The notes under the pieces: model-generated | The model's input: only the letters and a program-made list of their open reading frames with translations | Told to the model about the DNA's origin: nothing | The model's database searches: none | Made by a program: the position numbers and the translations under genes | Origin: Mobula hypostoma | Lineage: Eukaryota | Length of the DNA: 64,000 bases | Direction: 5' to 3' | NCBI RefSeq assembly: GCF_963921235.1 | Contig: NC_086108.1 | Span: 11,160,001-11,224,000, forward strand | Shown here: positions 23,830-36,190 of the stretch, one piece after another | Numbering within the stretch: the stretch's first letter is position 1 | Layout: each line of letters opens with the position of its first letter

Positions 23830-24660
23830 GTGAGAGCTTTAGAGAGGGTGCCTACCTAGACTGACCAGGAGGCTGCCTGGACTAGAGAGCATGTCTTATG
23901 AGGACAGGTTGAGCGAGAAAGGAGGACAAGAGATGACTTGATAGAGGTGTATAAGATGATAAGAGGCATGGATCAAGTAGACAGCCAGAGACTTTTCCCC
24001 AGGGCAGAAATGGCTAATACGAGAGTGTGTATTTTAAGGTGATTGGTGGAGAGTATGGGGGGTGGGGGTGGTGTCAGAGGTTGGTTTCTTACACGGAGAA
24101 TGGTAGATGCATGGAACGTACTGCTGAAGTCATGGTCAAGGGAGATACATTAGGGACATTTAAGAGATTGTTAGGTACATGGACGGAAGAAGGGCTTTGT
24201 GGGAGGGGAAATTAGAATCAGAATCAGGTTAATATTGGCATATGTCATGAAATTTGTTGTTATGCAGCAGCACTACATGGCAATGCTGGTGCAAAGTTAA
24301 AGGATAATAAAGTATAAGGTAGTGTTCATGGGTTCCATGTCCATTTAGGAATCGAATAGCAGAGGGGAAGAAGCTGTTCCTGAATCGTTGAGTGTGTGCC
24401 TTCAGGCTCCTGTACCTCCTCCCTGATGGTAGCAATGAGAAGAGGGCATGTCCTGGGTGATGGGGGTCCTTAATGATGGATGCCACCTTTTTGAGGCATC
24501 GCTCCTCAAAGATGTTTTGGGTGCAGGGGAGGCGAGTGCCCATGATGGATCTGACTGAGTTCACAGCCCCTTGTGGTTCAACTGATCGTGGAGTAGATTA
24601 AAGGGTCAGCAGAACCTTATGGGCTGAAGGGCCTGTACTGTACCGTTCCATGGTTTAAGC
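23830..24660 (+). mobile_element. CR1 3' fragment with antisense Rex1 3' end nested at ~24215-24565
   Basis: Rex1 ORF 24229-24564 (KDPHHPGHALFSLLPSGRRYRSL) with (CTGATT)n tail splits the CR1 3'UTR. Confidence 0.8.
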
Positions 24661-25094
24661 TATATGTTAGCATCAGAAACACTCAATCCATGTTCACAAA
24701 GACAAATTGAACAATGAATTCTTGTAATTTGTTTGTAGGGTTGTTCACCAAGGTCTGGAGGCTAGATCGCAAATGTTTTGTTATCAGTTGAGGTGACATC
24801 ATCAAAGCACAATTGAGTGTTGTTTCTATATTGATCCAACTTATGGTTCTGATCGACCAGCTGTCACATTGACCACTAGTCTCCGCTGGATCCTGGCCCA
24901 CCAGATAGCTGAGTGATCTCTGCTGGCCTGTATCCCTGGTTATTGGTCATTGCGAGTGTTGGTTCCTTGGGTGTCCACAGCTCATCCCCTCAGATCCGAA
25001 CCTACAGAATTACAATGTTCATGAATTGGATTCAGTTCAATATACTTGTGAATAGAGTCTTCCCTTAAGAACCAAACTTCTAAGATTCTCTTGA

Positions 25095-25295
25095 TTACTT
25101 GTTTCGTGCTTCATCCAGGATATTTGTAGTTTCCCAAACACACTTGTGTCCTTCTGGGTCTTTGTGTGCTGAGATGAGCGACAGCGGATTGTGCCTTCTC
25201 ATGGCCAGCTGATGTTCATATAGTCTCATGGGTAGTTTTCTCCTCATCTGTCCTACATAGAGTTTGGAGCAGTCTCCATATTGGATTTGGTATTC
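25095..25295 (-). mobile_element. Penelope-like GIY-YIG endonuclease remnant
   Basis: YQIQYGDCSKLYVGQMRRKLPMRLYEHQLA...SLISAH (YxI.C.DC...YVGQT.R.L..R..EH signature). Confidence 0.8.
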
Positions 25296-25299
25296 CATG

Positions 25300-25840
25300 T
25301 TCGTTACAGAGAACATAGAACAAAGACCAGTACAGCACAGGAACAGGCCATTCGGCCCTGAAAAGCAAATCAAAAACACTAATCCCTCCTACCTACACCA
25401 CGTCCACATCTCTCCTCCTTATATCTATGCACCTATCCAAACATCTCTTAAAAGTCTCTACCACCTTACCAGGTAGCACATTCCTAGTATCCACCACTCT
25501 CTGAATAAAAAACTTACCCCTCACATCCCCCTTGAACCTACCCTCTCTCATCTTCAATGCATGCCCTCTGGTATTAGACATTTCAACCCTGGGAGACAGT
25601 GAGTCCCTGTCTACTCTATCAGTGCCTCTCATAATCTTGTAAACTTCTATCAGATATCCCCACAGTCTCCGACTCTTCGGTAAAAAACAACCCAAGTTTA
25701 TCCAGCCTTTTGTGATAGCACGAGCCCTCTAAACCAGGCAGCATCCTGGTGAACCTCTTCTGCACCATCTCCGAAGCCTCAACGTCCGTCCTATGAGGGG
25801 GGCCACCAGAACACTTCACAATACAATGCTCCAGATGAGG
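25300..25840 (-). mobile_element. CR1 LINE 3' fragment
   Basis: VQKRFTRMLPGLE; YLIEVYKIMRG; RGKFFIQRVV. Confidence 0.85.
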
Positions 25841-26872
25841 GCTGTTGGATCTTCGGGTCTTGAAGCTCCTGTAGTCCCAGGTTTGAGATGACGAGCCAGC
25901 CGGTTGCTGAATCATCCCTGAGTCAGGGTCTGAGCACTGATCACACCGAAATGCATCCTTGCCTGCCACATTCAGTGCATCATGCCAGAAGGCAGGTCAT
26001 TGTCCGTGATAAATTAATTTCTGAAAACTGGGTAACTAATTGTTGCTATGTCAACATGAATCAGGTAGGAAACAGCATCTTGAGAGACTGCAATGAAAAT
26101 TAAATCTTTGAACCCCTCCTGCTACGAAATACCACCTCCCTGGGAGAAGTTTGAAATTAGCAGAATGATCAGAACTCGTATTTCACCACAGTGGCAGATA
26201 ATTATTAATTTAGAGACAATTACCCGCTTTCACACAAAGTAATCCACACAATTACCCCAATTACCGATTAACTGCTAAAGATGACAAGCAAATTACTTTC
26301 AAATTGGATCTCACCGGGGCTGTGGCAAGATTTCCCGGCTGAACGGGCAGAATGGGGAATTGTTTTCATCGGGCGACATCTCCGCAGTTAAAGCTTCCAC
26401 TGGGGCAGAGTTGTTCCTTCAGTGTGTTGGGGTGACAGACAGAACCAAACATCAGCGTGGAGCTGACAGTGACCACAGGGGAGGCCAAACAGTTCGAATG
26501 GTTCAACTTAATATCAGAGAAAGTTATACAGTATACAACCTGAAACTCTTACTCTTCACAGACACCCATGAAGCAGACAAGAACGAACGATGGAAAAACA
26601 TTAGAAGCCCCAAAGCACCCCCTCCCCCTCCAACAGGCACGTAGCAGCAAAAGCAATCAACCCCACCACTGCAAGCAATAGCAGAGCCCCCAGAGACCAT
26701 CAGACAGACTCTCTCTCTCTCTCACTAGCGAGAGTGAGAGAGATATCGCTCCTGCAGCAACGAGAGGGGAGAGCAGCAGCTCGCCATTTCAATGTTACAA
26801 TCTGCCATCGCATCGCTTGACCAAGTTTCCCTGGCTCAGGGACCAGCAGATTCACGATTCACACTCACCATT

Positions 26873-26874
<2 letters not shown>

Positions 26875-26925
<51 letters not shown>

Positions 26926-27045
26926 GGGGGGAGGGAGGGAGAGAGAGGGGAGAGAGGGGGGCGGGAGAAGGGGAGAGAGAGAATTGGAAGGAGAGGGGGG
27001 AGGGAGAAGGAGAGAATGAGAGAGAGAGAGAGTGAGGGAGAGGAA
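26875..27045. repeat. (GA)n / polypurine tract
   Basis: Direct reading. Confidence 0.95.
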
Positions 27046-27344
27046 GTGATCACTTGAGTACAGGGGCCTTCTATTAACAACCGCTGCCCGAAGGTGAATA
27101 TCTGCCAGTCTGTCCGAGTCTGTGACTTACAGCTGTAGCTAAACTACGGTTCTGTACGGGCGGTCGGTTCTCATTCTCAAACTCGATTCGTACCGGGGCG
27201 TTTTGGTATCTCCACGTGCAGCCTGGAAGGTGTGCGCCAGGGCGCGGCCCCGTGGAAGACCTGGTTCCTCCCTGATGTCGGCAACTGATGCATCATGGGA
27301 GACTGAAACATCGAGACAGCAGACAGTGTACGCTGCTGTTAAAA

Positions 27345-27860
27345 GAAGCCCCCTGTACCATGCTACGAGATCATCTACCTTATTCCGTATACAGTGTGCA
27401 TTCAATATAACACCTTCAGTCCTGTATTCGTTAGCCTTTTCAATGTTGTCCCCGTGTTACACTTCAACATCCCACTGACTGTAATTTTGCCCCACTATCC
27501 GCCCGCCCTTCCTCACAATCTCATTGCATACCGCATCTGTTGTTGTTCGTCCATTGTTGACGTCGATGAGGACCTTGACACCATTATGATGGTGTCGAGA
27601 CTAGCGCGTGATTTGGATTTAAGTGAGGGAGAGCTGCGCAGCGTCAGCCTCACTCTCTCTTCCCAATTCCCATCTGGATCCAGTGGCAAGAGAGAGTCGA
27701 AACGGCTGGAGATGGGACTAGGCGCAGTGGATGACCAGGACGTCATATCGCATCTAGTCGTATATCAAATGCCCCGTCCTCTACCCAGGCACTCTGGTTC
27801 CCATGACCCTGCCTAATTCGTTTAAACCCTCCCCAACAGCTCCAGCAAACCGGCCCACAT
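27345..27860 (-). mobile_element. CR1 ORF1/ORF2 junction fragment
   Basis: Homologous to 31400-31650 (LNAHCIRNKVDDL, start of the APE domain). Confidence 0.7.
27539..27743 (-). mobile_element. Short RTE-related insertion with (AAC)n tail and 12-bp target-site duplication
   Basis: Flanked by cataccgcatct (27527-27538) and catatcgcatct (27744-27755); begins gttgttgtt on the plus strand. Confidence 0.7.
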
Positions 27861-27879
27861 CATCAAGAGCTGTGTGTAT

Positions 27880-29640
27880 GAGTGTGTGCCTTTGAAAACA
27901 TGCTGGATGTACCCAAACCAAAAGTCATGGATGAACCAGGAGATTGGTAGTTTGCTGTGGCATTCAAAACTGCTAATGCAGAACTATACAAGAAGTCCAG
28001 GTACCATCTACAAGTGGCTATCTTAAGAGCTAAAAAAAATTCTAATTGAAGCTACACATCAAATTGGGTGCCAGTCAGCTCTGGTAGGATTTGAGGCCTA
28101 CAAAGTGAAACCTAACATCATGAATGACAGTGATGCTTCACTCCCAGATGAGCTCAACACCTTTTATGCTCGCTTTAAAAGGGAGAATAAAACTACACCG
28201 TCGCAAATCCCTGCCGCATCTGGTGACCCTGTGATCTCTGATCTCTGTGACAGAGGTCAACATTAGAACATCTTTCAAGAGGGTGAATCCTCGAAAGGTG
28301 TCAGGCTCTGATGGTGTACCTGGCAGGGCCCTGAAAACCTGAGCCAACCAACTGGTGGGAGTGTTGAAGGACGTCTTCAATCTCTCAGTCGGAAGTTCCC
28401 ACCTGCTTCGAAAGGGTGACGATTGTACCAGTGCCTCACAAGAACAGGGTGAGATGCCTCAATGCCTATCACCCAGTGACACTCACATTACTGTGATAAA
28501 GTGCTTTGTGAAGTCGCTCATGGCCAGGATCAGCTCCTACCGAAGCAAGGACTTGCACCCACTGTAATTTGCCTATTGCCACATTAGATGGAATTTCACT
28601 GGCTCTCCAATCAGCCCTGGGTCACCTGGACAATAGTAATACCTATGTCAGACTGCTGTTTAATGACTATAGCTCAGCATTCAACACAATCAGTTCTAAT
28701 CAAAATTCTCCAAAGCCTGGGCCCCCCTCTGCAACTGGGTCCTCAACTTTATCGTTGGAAGTCGGTGTGGATCAGAAATAACAACTCCACCTCACTGACG
28801 ATCAAGACTGGTGCACCTCAAGGATGCGTGCTTAGCCCACTGCTCTACTCCCTCTAAGCCCATGACTGTGTGGCTTGGCACAGCTCAAACATCATCTATG
28901 AATTTGTTGGCGATACAAGTACTGTTGGCAGAATTTCAGATGGAGGTGAGAAGGTGTACAGGAGTGAGATAGCTCAGCTGGTTGAGTGGTATTGCAACAA
29001 CAACATCACTAAGACCAAAGAACTGGATAAGATGGAGGAATGCAAACTGATACTCATAGAGGGATCAGAAGTGGAAAGCGTGAGGAATTTCAAATCCCTG
29101 GGTGTCAATATCTCTGAGAATCTAACGTGGGCCCAACGTGTTGATGCAGCTACAAAGAAGGCACAACAACGGCTATTTTTCATTCGGAGTTTGAGGAGAT
29201 TTGTGGAGATTTGGTATGTCACCAAAAACTCTCACAAAATTCTACAGGGGTACTGTGGAGAGCATTCTGACTGGCTGCATCACTGCCTGGTATGGGGTGG
29301 CGGTGAGGGGAGACGACTGCACAGGGTCGAAATAAGCTGCAGAATGTTGTGAACAAAGCTTGCTCCATCGTGGACACCAGCCCCCCCAATATCCAGGTCA
29401 TCTTCAAAAGATGATTCTGTAAAAAGGTGGCATTCGTCATTAAGGACCCCCACCACCCAGGACGTGTCCTCTTCCCATTGTTAGCATCAGGGAGGAGGTA
29501 CAGAAGCCTGAAGGCTCACACTCAGTGATTCAGGAACAACTTCTTCCCCTCTGTCCTCCAGTTTATGAATGGACATTGAACTCATGAACCCCACCTCAGT
29601 GTTTTTTGTTTTGTTTTTGCTCTACTTTTTATATTCTGTG
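27880..29640 (+). mobile_element. Rex1/Babar LINE RT region to 3' end, decayed
   Basis: [48 protein letters not shown]. Confidence 0.9.
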
Positions 29641-29779
29641 TAAATATGCATTTCTCACATACGGCCACGTCAGCAGAAGCCTGGCGACACTGGCAGGCGT
29701 CCCCCGGCATCACCGCAATGCAAGTGACACATTTCCCACAGCATGAACACAGGGCAAGCAAAGGCCATCTCTTTATCTT

Positions 29780-30086
29780 TAATAGGCATCCGTTAGTCTC
29801 ATGAGACCATGGATTTGTGCCTTGGAAGGTTTCCAGGGCGCAGGCCTGGGCAAGGTCGTATGGAAGACCAGCAGTTGCCCGTGCTGCAAGTCTCCCCTCT
29901 CCACGCCACCGACGTTGTCCAAGGGAAGGGTTCTCGGGCTGATACAGCTTGGCACTGGTGTCGTCACAGAGCAATGTGTGGTTAAGTGCTTTGCTCAAGG
30001 ACACAACACACTGCCTCGGCTGGGGCTCGAACTAGCGACCTTCAGATCACTAGACTGACTTTAACCACTTGGCCACGTGCCAACAC
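29780..30086 (-). mobile_element. tRNA-derived SINE (copy 1)
   Basis: Minus strand starts GTGTTGGCACGTGGCCAAGTGGTTAA (Pol III A box) ... AGTTCGAGCC (B box); near-identical copy at 60136-60440. Confidence 0.85.
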
Positions 30087-30525
30087 TTTAAGAAGCCAAA
30101 ATAAAACTGTAGGGTGGGGTGGGGTGGGAAGAGGAGTGACAGGTAAATCCAGATGAGGGAGGGATAAAACAGGTGGGCTGGGGTGAAAGGGATTCAAGTA
30201 AAAAGTCAGGGGGTGATTGGTGGAAGGGGTAAAGGGCTGAACAAGATGGAATTTGATTGGAGAGGACGAGGAAAATGGAATAAACCAGAGGGAGATGGTG
30301 GGCAGGTCATGAGGCCGGGAAGCTGACGAAAAAGGGTGAAAGTCCAGAGGGAGAGGGTTAAACTGAGGTGGTGGACCGGGGGGAAGGGGATTGGTTACCA
30401 GAGGTCAAGAAATAGCGTTAATACTAACCCTAGTTGTGTTTTTGGTGTTTTTTTTTAAACTTTGAAGTAAACTGCAGTTCTGGGTTTTTGGGACAGACAC
30501 CATCCTTTTCGGATAGTCATCTAAG

Positions 30526-30638
30526 GAGCGGTCATCGACGGAGTGGTCATCGACGGAGTGGTCATCGACGGAGCGGTCATCGACGGAGTGGTCATCGACG
30601 GAGTGGTCATCGACGGAGTGGTCATCGACGGAGTGGTC
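30526..30638 (+). repeat. 15-bp tandem repeat GAG(T/C)GGTCATCGACG, 7 full copies plus a partial, in the CR1 5'UTR
   Basis: Direct reading. Confidence 0.95.
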
Positions 30639-30727
30639 TGAGGCAGAGTGGTAGGACTTCGGCTCAATCAGACTTCTGCGAGGTAGGTGGGTAGGTAGAC
30701 TTCATTTTTTTCGGAGGAATAGAGAGC

Positions 30728-31420
30728 ATGTCTGTAGGGTCAATACTTTGCTCTGGGTGTCAGATGTGGGAATCCTGAGAATCTTCCCGTCTCCTAGATG
30801 GCCACATCTGCACCAGGTGCACCGAGATGCAGCTCCTGAGAGACTGTGTCAGGGATCTGGAGCCGTGGCTCGATGACCTACAGCTTATTAGGGACAGTGA
30901 GCAGGAGATAGAGAGGAGGTACAAGGGGTTAGTCACCCCAAGGCTGCAGGAGTTAGACAAGTGGGTGACTGTCAAAGAAGAGATACCCACATGGTGTGTT
31001 GCCTCCCAGGTGCCAGAGTACGGGATGTCTCGGATCGGCTCCAGAGTATTTTGTAGGGAGAGGGTGAACAGCCAGAAGTCTTGGTACACGTTGGTACCAA
31101 TGACACAGGTTGAAAAAGGGAGGAGGTACTGAAGAGAGAATTCAGGGAGTTGGGTAGGAAGCTGAAAGGCAGGACCTCCAGGATAGTAATCTCAGGATTA
31201 CTGCCTGTGCCATGAGCTAACGGGCGCAAGACTAGCACGGTCAGGCATATTAATGTGTGGCTGAGAGACTGGTGTAGGGGTCAGGGCTTCAGGTTCCTGG
31301 ATCATTGGGGCCTCTTCTGGAGGAGGTACGACCTGTACAAAAAGGACGGGTTACACCTGAACCCAAAGGGGTCCAATATCCCATTGGGCACATTTAATAG
31401 AACAGTTAGGGAGGGTTTAA
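30728..31420 (+). pseudogene. CR1 ORF1 (zinc finger + SGNH/GDSL esterase), disrupted
   Basis: Motifs as above; in-frame stops; the GDS catalytic block is missing between DKWVTVK and VCCLPGA. Confidence 0.8.
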
Positions 31421-32100
31421 ACTAATTTGGCAGGGGGATGGGAACTGTAGTGATAGGGCTGAGGAAGGGGGAAACAGAAATAAATCAAAGATAGTGTGCA
31501 ACAGAGATGATAGAAATGACAGGTAGGAAATGAGGCACAATCACAGCTGGTGGGACGAGTTACAGGGCAATAGAGGCGTGGTGCAGTTAAAACAGAAAAC
31601 ACCGGAATGAAAGTGTTATAATTGAATGCACACAGCATAAAAAATGGACGATCTTGAAATTCAGCTACAGATTGGCCATCTCTGAAACTTGGCTAAAGGA
31701 TGGCTGCCATTGGGAGCTGAACGTCCAAGGATATATGGTGTATCAGAAAGATAGGTTAGTAGGCAGAGGGGGTGGTGTGGCTCTGTGTATAAGAAATAAT
31801 ATTAAATCATTAGAAAGGGATGACATAGGATCGGAAGGTGTAGAGTCTCTATGGGTTGAGTTAAGAAATGGCAAGGGTAAAAGGACCCTAATGGTAGTTG
31901 TATACAGGCCTCCAAACAGCAGAAAAGGCATATCAGAAGGGCAATGTCATGATAATCGCTGGGGATTTTAATGTGAAAGTGGATTGGGAAATCCAGGCCA
32001 GTACTGGAGCTCAAGAGAGAGAATTTGTAGAATGTCTAAGGGATGGCTTTTTAGAACAGCCTGTTGTTGAGCCCATGAGGGGATCGGCTGTGCTGGATTT

Positions 32101-33085
32101 CTAGCACCTGGACAATCAGTACTGGTGACCCCCCCCCCCGGGATGTGTGCTCTCTCCACTGCTCTTCTCCCTTTACACTAATGACTACACCTCACAGGAT
32201 CCATCTGTTAAACTCCTGAAGTTTGCAGACGACACAACTGTCATTGGCCTTATCCGAGACGGTGGTGAGTCTGCATACAGATGGGTGGTGGAACTGCTGG
32301 CCCTCTGGTGTGGTCAGAACAATCTGGAGCTAAATACGCTCAAGACTGTGGAGATGATAGTGGACTTCAGGAGGAGCCCCCCAGTACCCCCCCCCCACTC
32401 ACTATACTCAACAGTATTGTGTCTGCTGTGGAGACCTTCAGGTTTCTGGGTGTCACAATCTCCCAGGACCTGAAGTGGACACCCAACACGGACACTCTTA
32501 TCAAAAAGGCTCAGCAGAGGTTGTATTTCCTACGTCAACTCAGGAAGTACAACCTGCCTCAGGAACTGCTGATTCAATTCTATTCAGGAATAATCCAGTC
32601 TGTTCTCTGTTTGTCCATCACTGTCTGGTTTGGATCAGCTACCAAACAAGACAAGAATAGACTCCAAAGAACCATCAGGGCTGCGGAAAGGATTATTGGT
32701 GTGAAGCTGCCCTCGATCCAGGACTTATATGCATCTAGAGTCAGGAAGTGAGCAAACAGCATCATTGTAGACCCATCACACCCCGGACATCACCTGTTCC
32801 AACTCCTTCCTTCTGGTAGGCGCTTTAGATCACTGTATACCAGGACAAATAGGTACAAGAACAGTTTCTTTCCATATGCCATCAGTCTTACTAACACTTG
32901 AATTTTAGTTTATTATAAACCAAGTCCACCTGTACATACACAGGTATACCTCATTGTATATAGTTCACGATTATTTGCACTATTGTTTTGTTTGCTTTTC
33001 GATTCTGTACAGCGAGAGCTCAGGGAAACCAGCATCAAATTCCCTGTATGTGTCCACACACTTGGCGATGATAAAGGATTCTGAT
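32101..33085 (+). mobile_element. Relatively young 5'-truncated Rex1/Babar LINE nested in CR1 ORF2
   Basis: LSPLLFSLYTND...LLKFADDTTVIGLI...LELNTLKTVEMIVDFRR; KKAQQRLYFLRQLRK; ends 'ataaaggattctgat'. Confidence 0.92.
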
Positions 33086-35944
33086 CTGGAGGTGATAAGA
33101 GAGCTTAAGGTTAAGGAACCCTTAGGGAAGAGTGATCACAATATGATTGAGTTCACTTTGAAATTTGAGAAGGAGAAACTAAATTCCAATGTGTCGGTAT
33201 TTCAGTGGAATAAAGGAAATTACAATGGCATGAGAGGGGAACTGGCCAAGGTTGACTGGAAAGGGACACTAGCAGGAAGGGCAGCAGAGCAGCAATGGCT
33301 GGAGCTTCTGCGAGAAATGAAGGAAATGCAAGACAGATATATTCCAAATAAGAAGAAATTTTCAAAACGGACGAAGGATACTACGTGGCTGACAAGTGAA
33401 GTCAGAGCCAAAGTAAAAGCAAAAGAGAGCACATGCAATGAAGCCAAAGCTAGTGGCAAGATAGAGGACTGGGAAGCTTTTAAAAACTTGCAGAAGGAAA
33501 CTAAGAAGGAGAAGATGGATTATGAAAGGAAGCTGGTGACTAATATCAAAGCAGCGACTAAAAGCTTTTTTAAGTATACAAAGGGTAAAAGAGAGTTGAG
33601 GGTAGATATAGGACCAATAGAAAATGACACTGGAGATATTGTAATGAGAGATGCAGAGATGGTAGAGGAACTGAATGCATATTTTGCATCAGTCTTCACA
33701 GCGGAAGACATCTGCAATATACCAGACATTCAAGAGTGTCAGGGAAGTGAAGTATGTGCAGTGAAAATTATGACTGAGAAGGTGCTCGGGAAGCTTAATG
33801 GTCTGAGGGTGGATAAATCTCCTGGACCTGATGGAATGCACCCTCGGGTTCTGAAGGAAGTAGCTGAAGAGATTGTGGAGGCATTAACAATGATCTTTCA
33901 ATAATCGATAGATTCTGGCATTGTACTGGATTAATGGAAAATTGCAAATGTTACTCCAATATTTAAGAAGGGTGGGAGGCAGCAGAAAGGAAACTATAGA
34001 CCTGTTAGTCTGACATCAGTGGTTGGGAAGTTGTTGGATTCGATCTTTAGGGATGAGATTACAGAATGCACATGATAAGATAGGCTAAAGCCTGCATGGT
34101 TTCCTGAAAAGAAAACCCTGCCTGACTAACCTACTGCAATTTTTTGAGGGAATTTCAAGCAGGGTAGACAAAGGAGATGCAGTAGACGTGGTGTACTTGG
34201 ATTTTCAGAAGGCCTTTGACAAGGTGCTGCACATGAGGCTGTTTAGCAAGATAAGAGCCTAAGGAATTACAGGGGAGTTACTAGCATGGTTGGAGCATTG
34301 GCTGGTCGGCAGAACACAGAGAGTGGGAATAAAGGGATCCTATTCTGACTGGCTGCCGGTTACCAGTGGAGTTCCACAGGGGTCGGTGTTGGGACCACTG
34401 CTTTTTACGATGTATGTCAATGATTTGGACTGTGGGATTAATGGATTTGTGATGAAATTTGCCGATGATACAAAGATAGGTGGAGGGACGGGTGGTGTTG
34501 AGGAAACAGAGAGCCTGCAGTTAGACTTATATAGTTTAGGGGAATGGGCAAAAAAGTGGCAAATGAAATACAATGTTGGAAAGTGTATGGTCATGCACTT
34601 TGGTGGAAGAAATAAATGGGCAGACTATTATCTAGATGGGGAGAGAATTCAAAATGCAGAGATGCAATGGGTCTTGGGAGTCCTTGTGCAGGATATCCTA
34701 AAGGTTAACCTCCATGTTGAGTCGGTGGTGAAGAAGGTGAATGCAATATTGGCATTCATTTCTAGAGGTCTAGAATATAAGAGCAGGGATGTGATGTTGA
34801 GGCTCTATAAGACACTTGTGAGGCCACACTTGGAGTATTGCGTGCAGTTTTGGCCTCCTTATTTTAGAAAGGATATACTGACATTGGAGAGGGTTCAGAG
34901 AAGATTCACGAGAATGATTCCAGGAATGAAAGGGTTACCGTATGAGGAACATCTGGCAGCTCCTGGGCTGTATTCCCTGGAGTTCAGAAGAATGACAGGG
35001 GGATCTCATAGAAACAATTGGAATGTTAAAAGCCCTGAACAGATTAGGTATGGCAAAGTTATTTCCTATGGTAGGGGAGTCTAGGACAAGAGGGCATGAA
35101 TTTAGGATTGAAGAACATCCATTTAGAACTGAGATGCGGAGAAATTACTTTACTCAGAGAGTGGTAAATCTGTGGAATTTTATGCCATGAGTGGCTGTGG
35201 AGGCCAAGTCATTGGGTGCATTTAAGGCAGAGATAGATAAGACATCAAAGGGTATGGGGAGAAGGCAGGGGAGTTGGGATGACTGCAAGAATTGGATCAG
35301 CCATGATTGAATGGCGGAGCAGACTCGATGGGCTGAATGGCCTAGATCTGCTCCTAAATCTCATGGTTTTATGGTCTTACCCTACGGAGCCCACCATCTC
35401 TAGAGGCCTATGGAGAGCCAGTGTTCCTGAGAATGTCCTGTGAGTGGATGCTCTCACAGGAAGTAAACTCTCACAATTGTTCAACTTTCAGAGGATGCCT
35501 GCAGAAATCCCAAACACTCTCACCTGTGATTGCCGGTTCTGAGTCAGGAGCGACGTGTCAGAAATAGTGATTGAGACAGCCATATTAGCAACGATTAAAA
35601 GCCATCCCAATAGGTATGCGGACAGGAGAGCTTCAGAGGCCAATGGGCCAAATATGAAAGCATGAAAACAGCAACAGACTGAGCCTAGGCTAGCTTTCTG
35701 ACATTTGGCTGAGATGTCTGCACAGGCATGAAGGCAATCAATATCCTCCCATCGCAGGGATACGACAGTAATGAACACTGACTTTGGGAGTGTTGGTGGG
35801 AAGATCCAGGGATTTGAAAACTACATGTAGCTCAGAAGAAGCATTCAGAAGGCATTGTAACCATAGAAATTGTCCTGTTACCTTTGTTCCTATACACACT
35901 GAGATGTGCTGAATGTTGAGTTGGAGAATCTCTGACCCTGTCTC

Positions 35945-36044
35945 TTGCCCTCTCCGTCTCCCTCTCCTTCTCTCTGTTCCCTCTCCCTCTCCTTCTCTCT
36001 GTTCCCTCTCCCTCTCTCTCTCTCTCTCTCCCTCCCTCTCTCTC

Positions 36045-36100
<56 letters not shown>

Positions 36101-36106
36101 TCTCCC

Positions 36107-36141
<35 letters not shown>

Positions 36142-36190
36142 TCCCCCCCCCCCCGCCTTTCTCTGACCCTCTCCCTCTCTCTTTCTCTCT
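35945..36190. repeat. (CT)n / polypyrimidine tract
   Basis: Direct reading. Confidence 0.95.

Larger units (their letters stand above)
30440..35380 (+). mobile_element. Near full-length CR1 LINE (5'UTR, ORF1, ORF2 APE+RT, 3' tail), inactivated and interrupted by Rex1
   Basis: ORF1 from ~30728 (CSGCQMW...HICTRC zinc finger, coiled coil, CLPGA..HVGTND..DGLHLN esterase motifs); APE (ISETWL, RGGGVAL, YRPPNS, GDFN); RT ([35 protein letters not shown]); several stops and frameshifts. Confidence 0.92.

Noticed and set aside
30010..30086. tRNA gene
   Set aside because: The A/B boxes form the head of a SINE present twice in the window; no complete cloverleaf.
32954..35084. 316-aa and 264-aa ORFs as host genes
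   Set aside because: Pieces of CR1 ORF2 separated by stops and frameshifts.
30420..35390. TSD around the full-length CR1 (cccta on both sides)
   Set aside because: Only 5 bp and the element's 5' boundary is uncertain; not distinguishable from chance.
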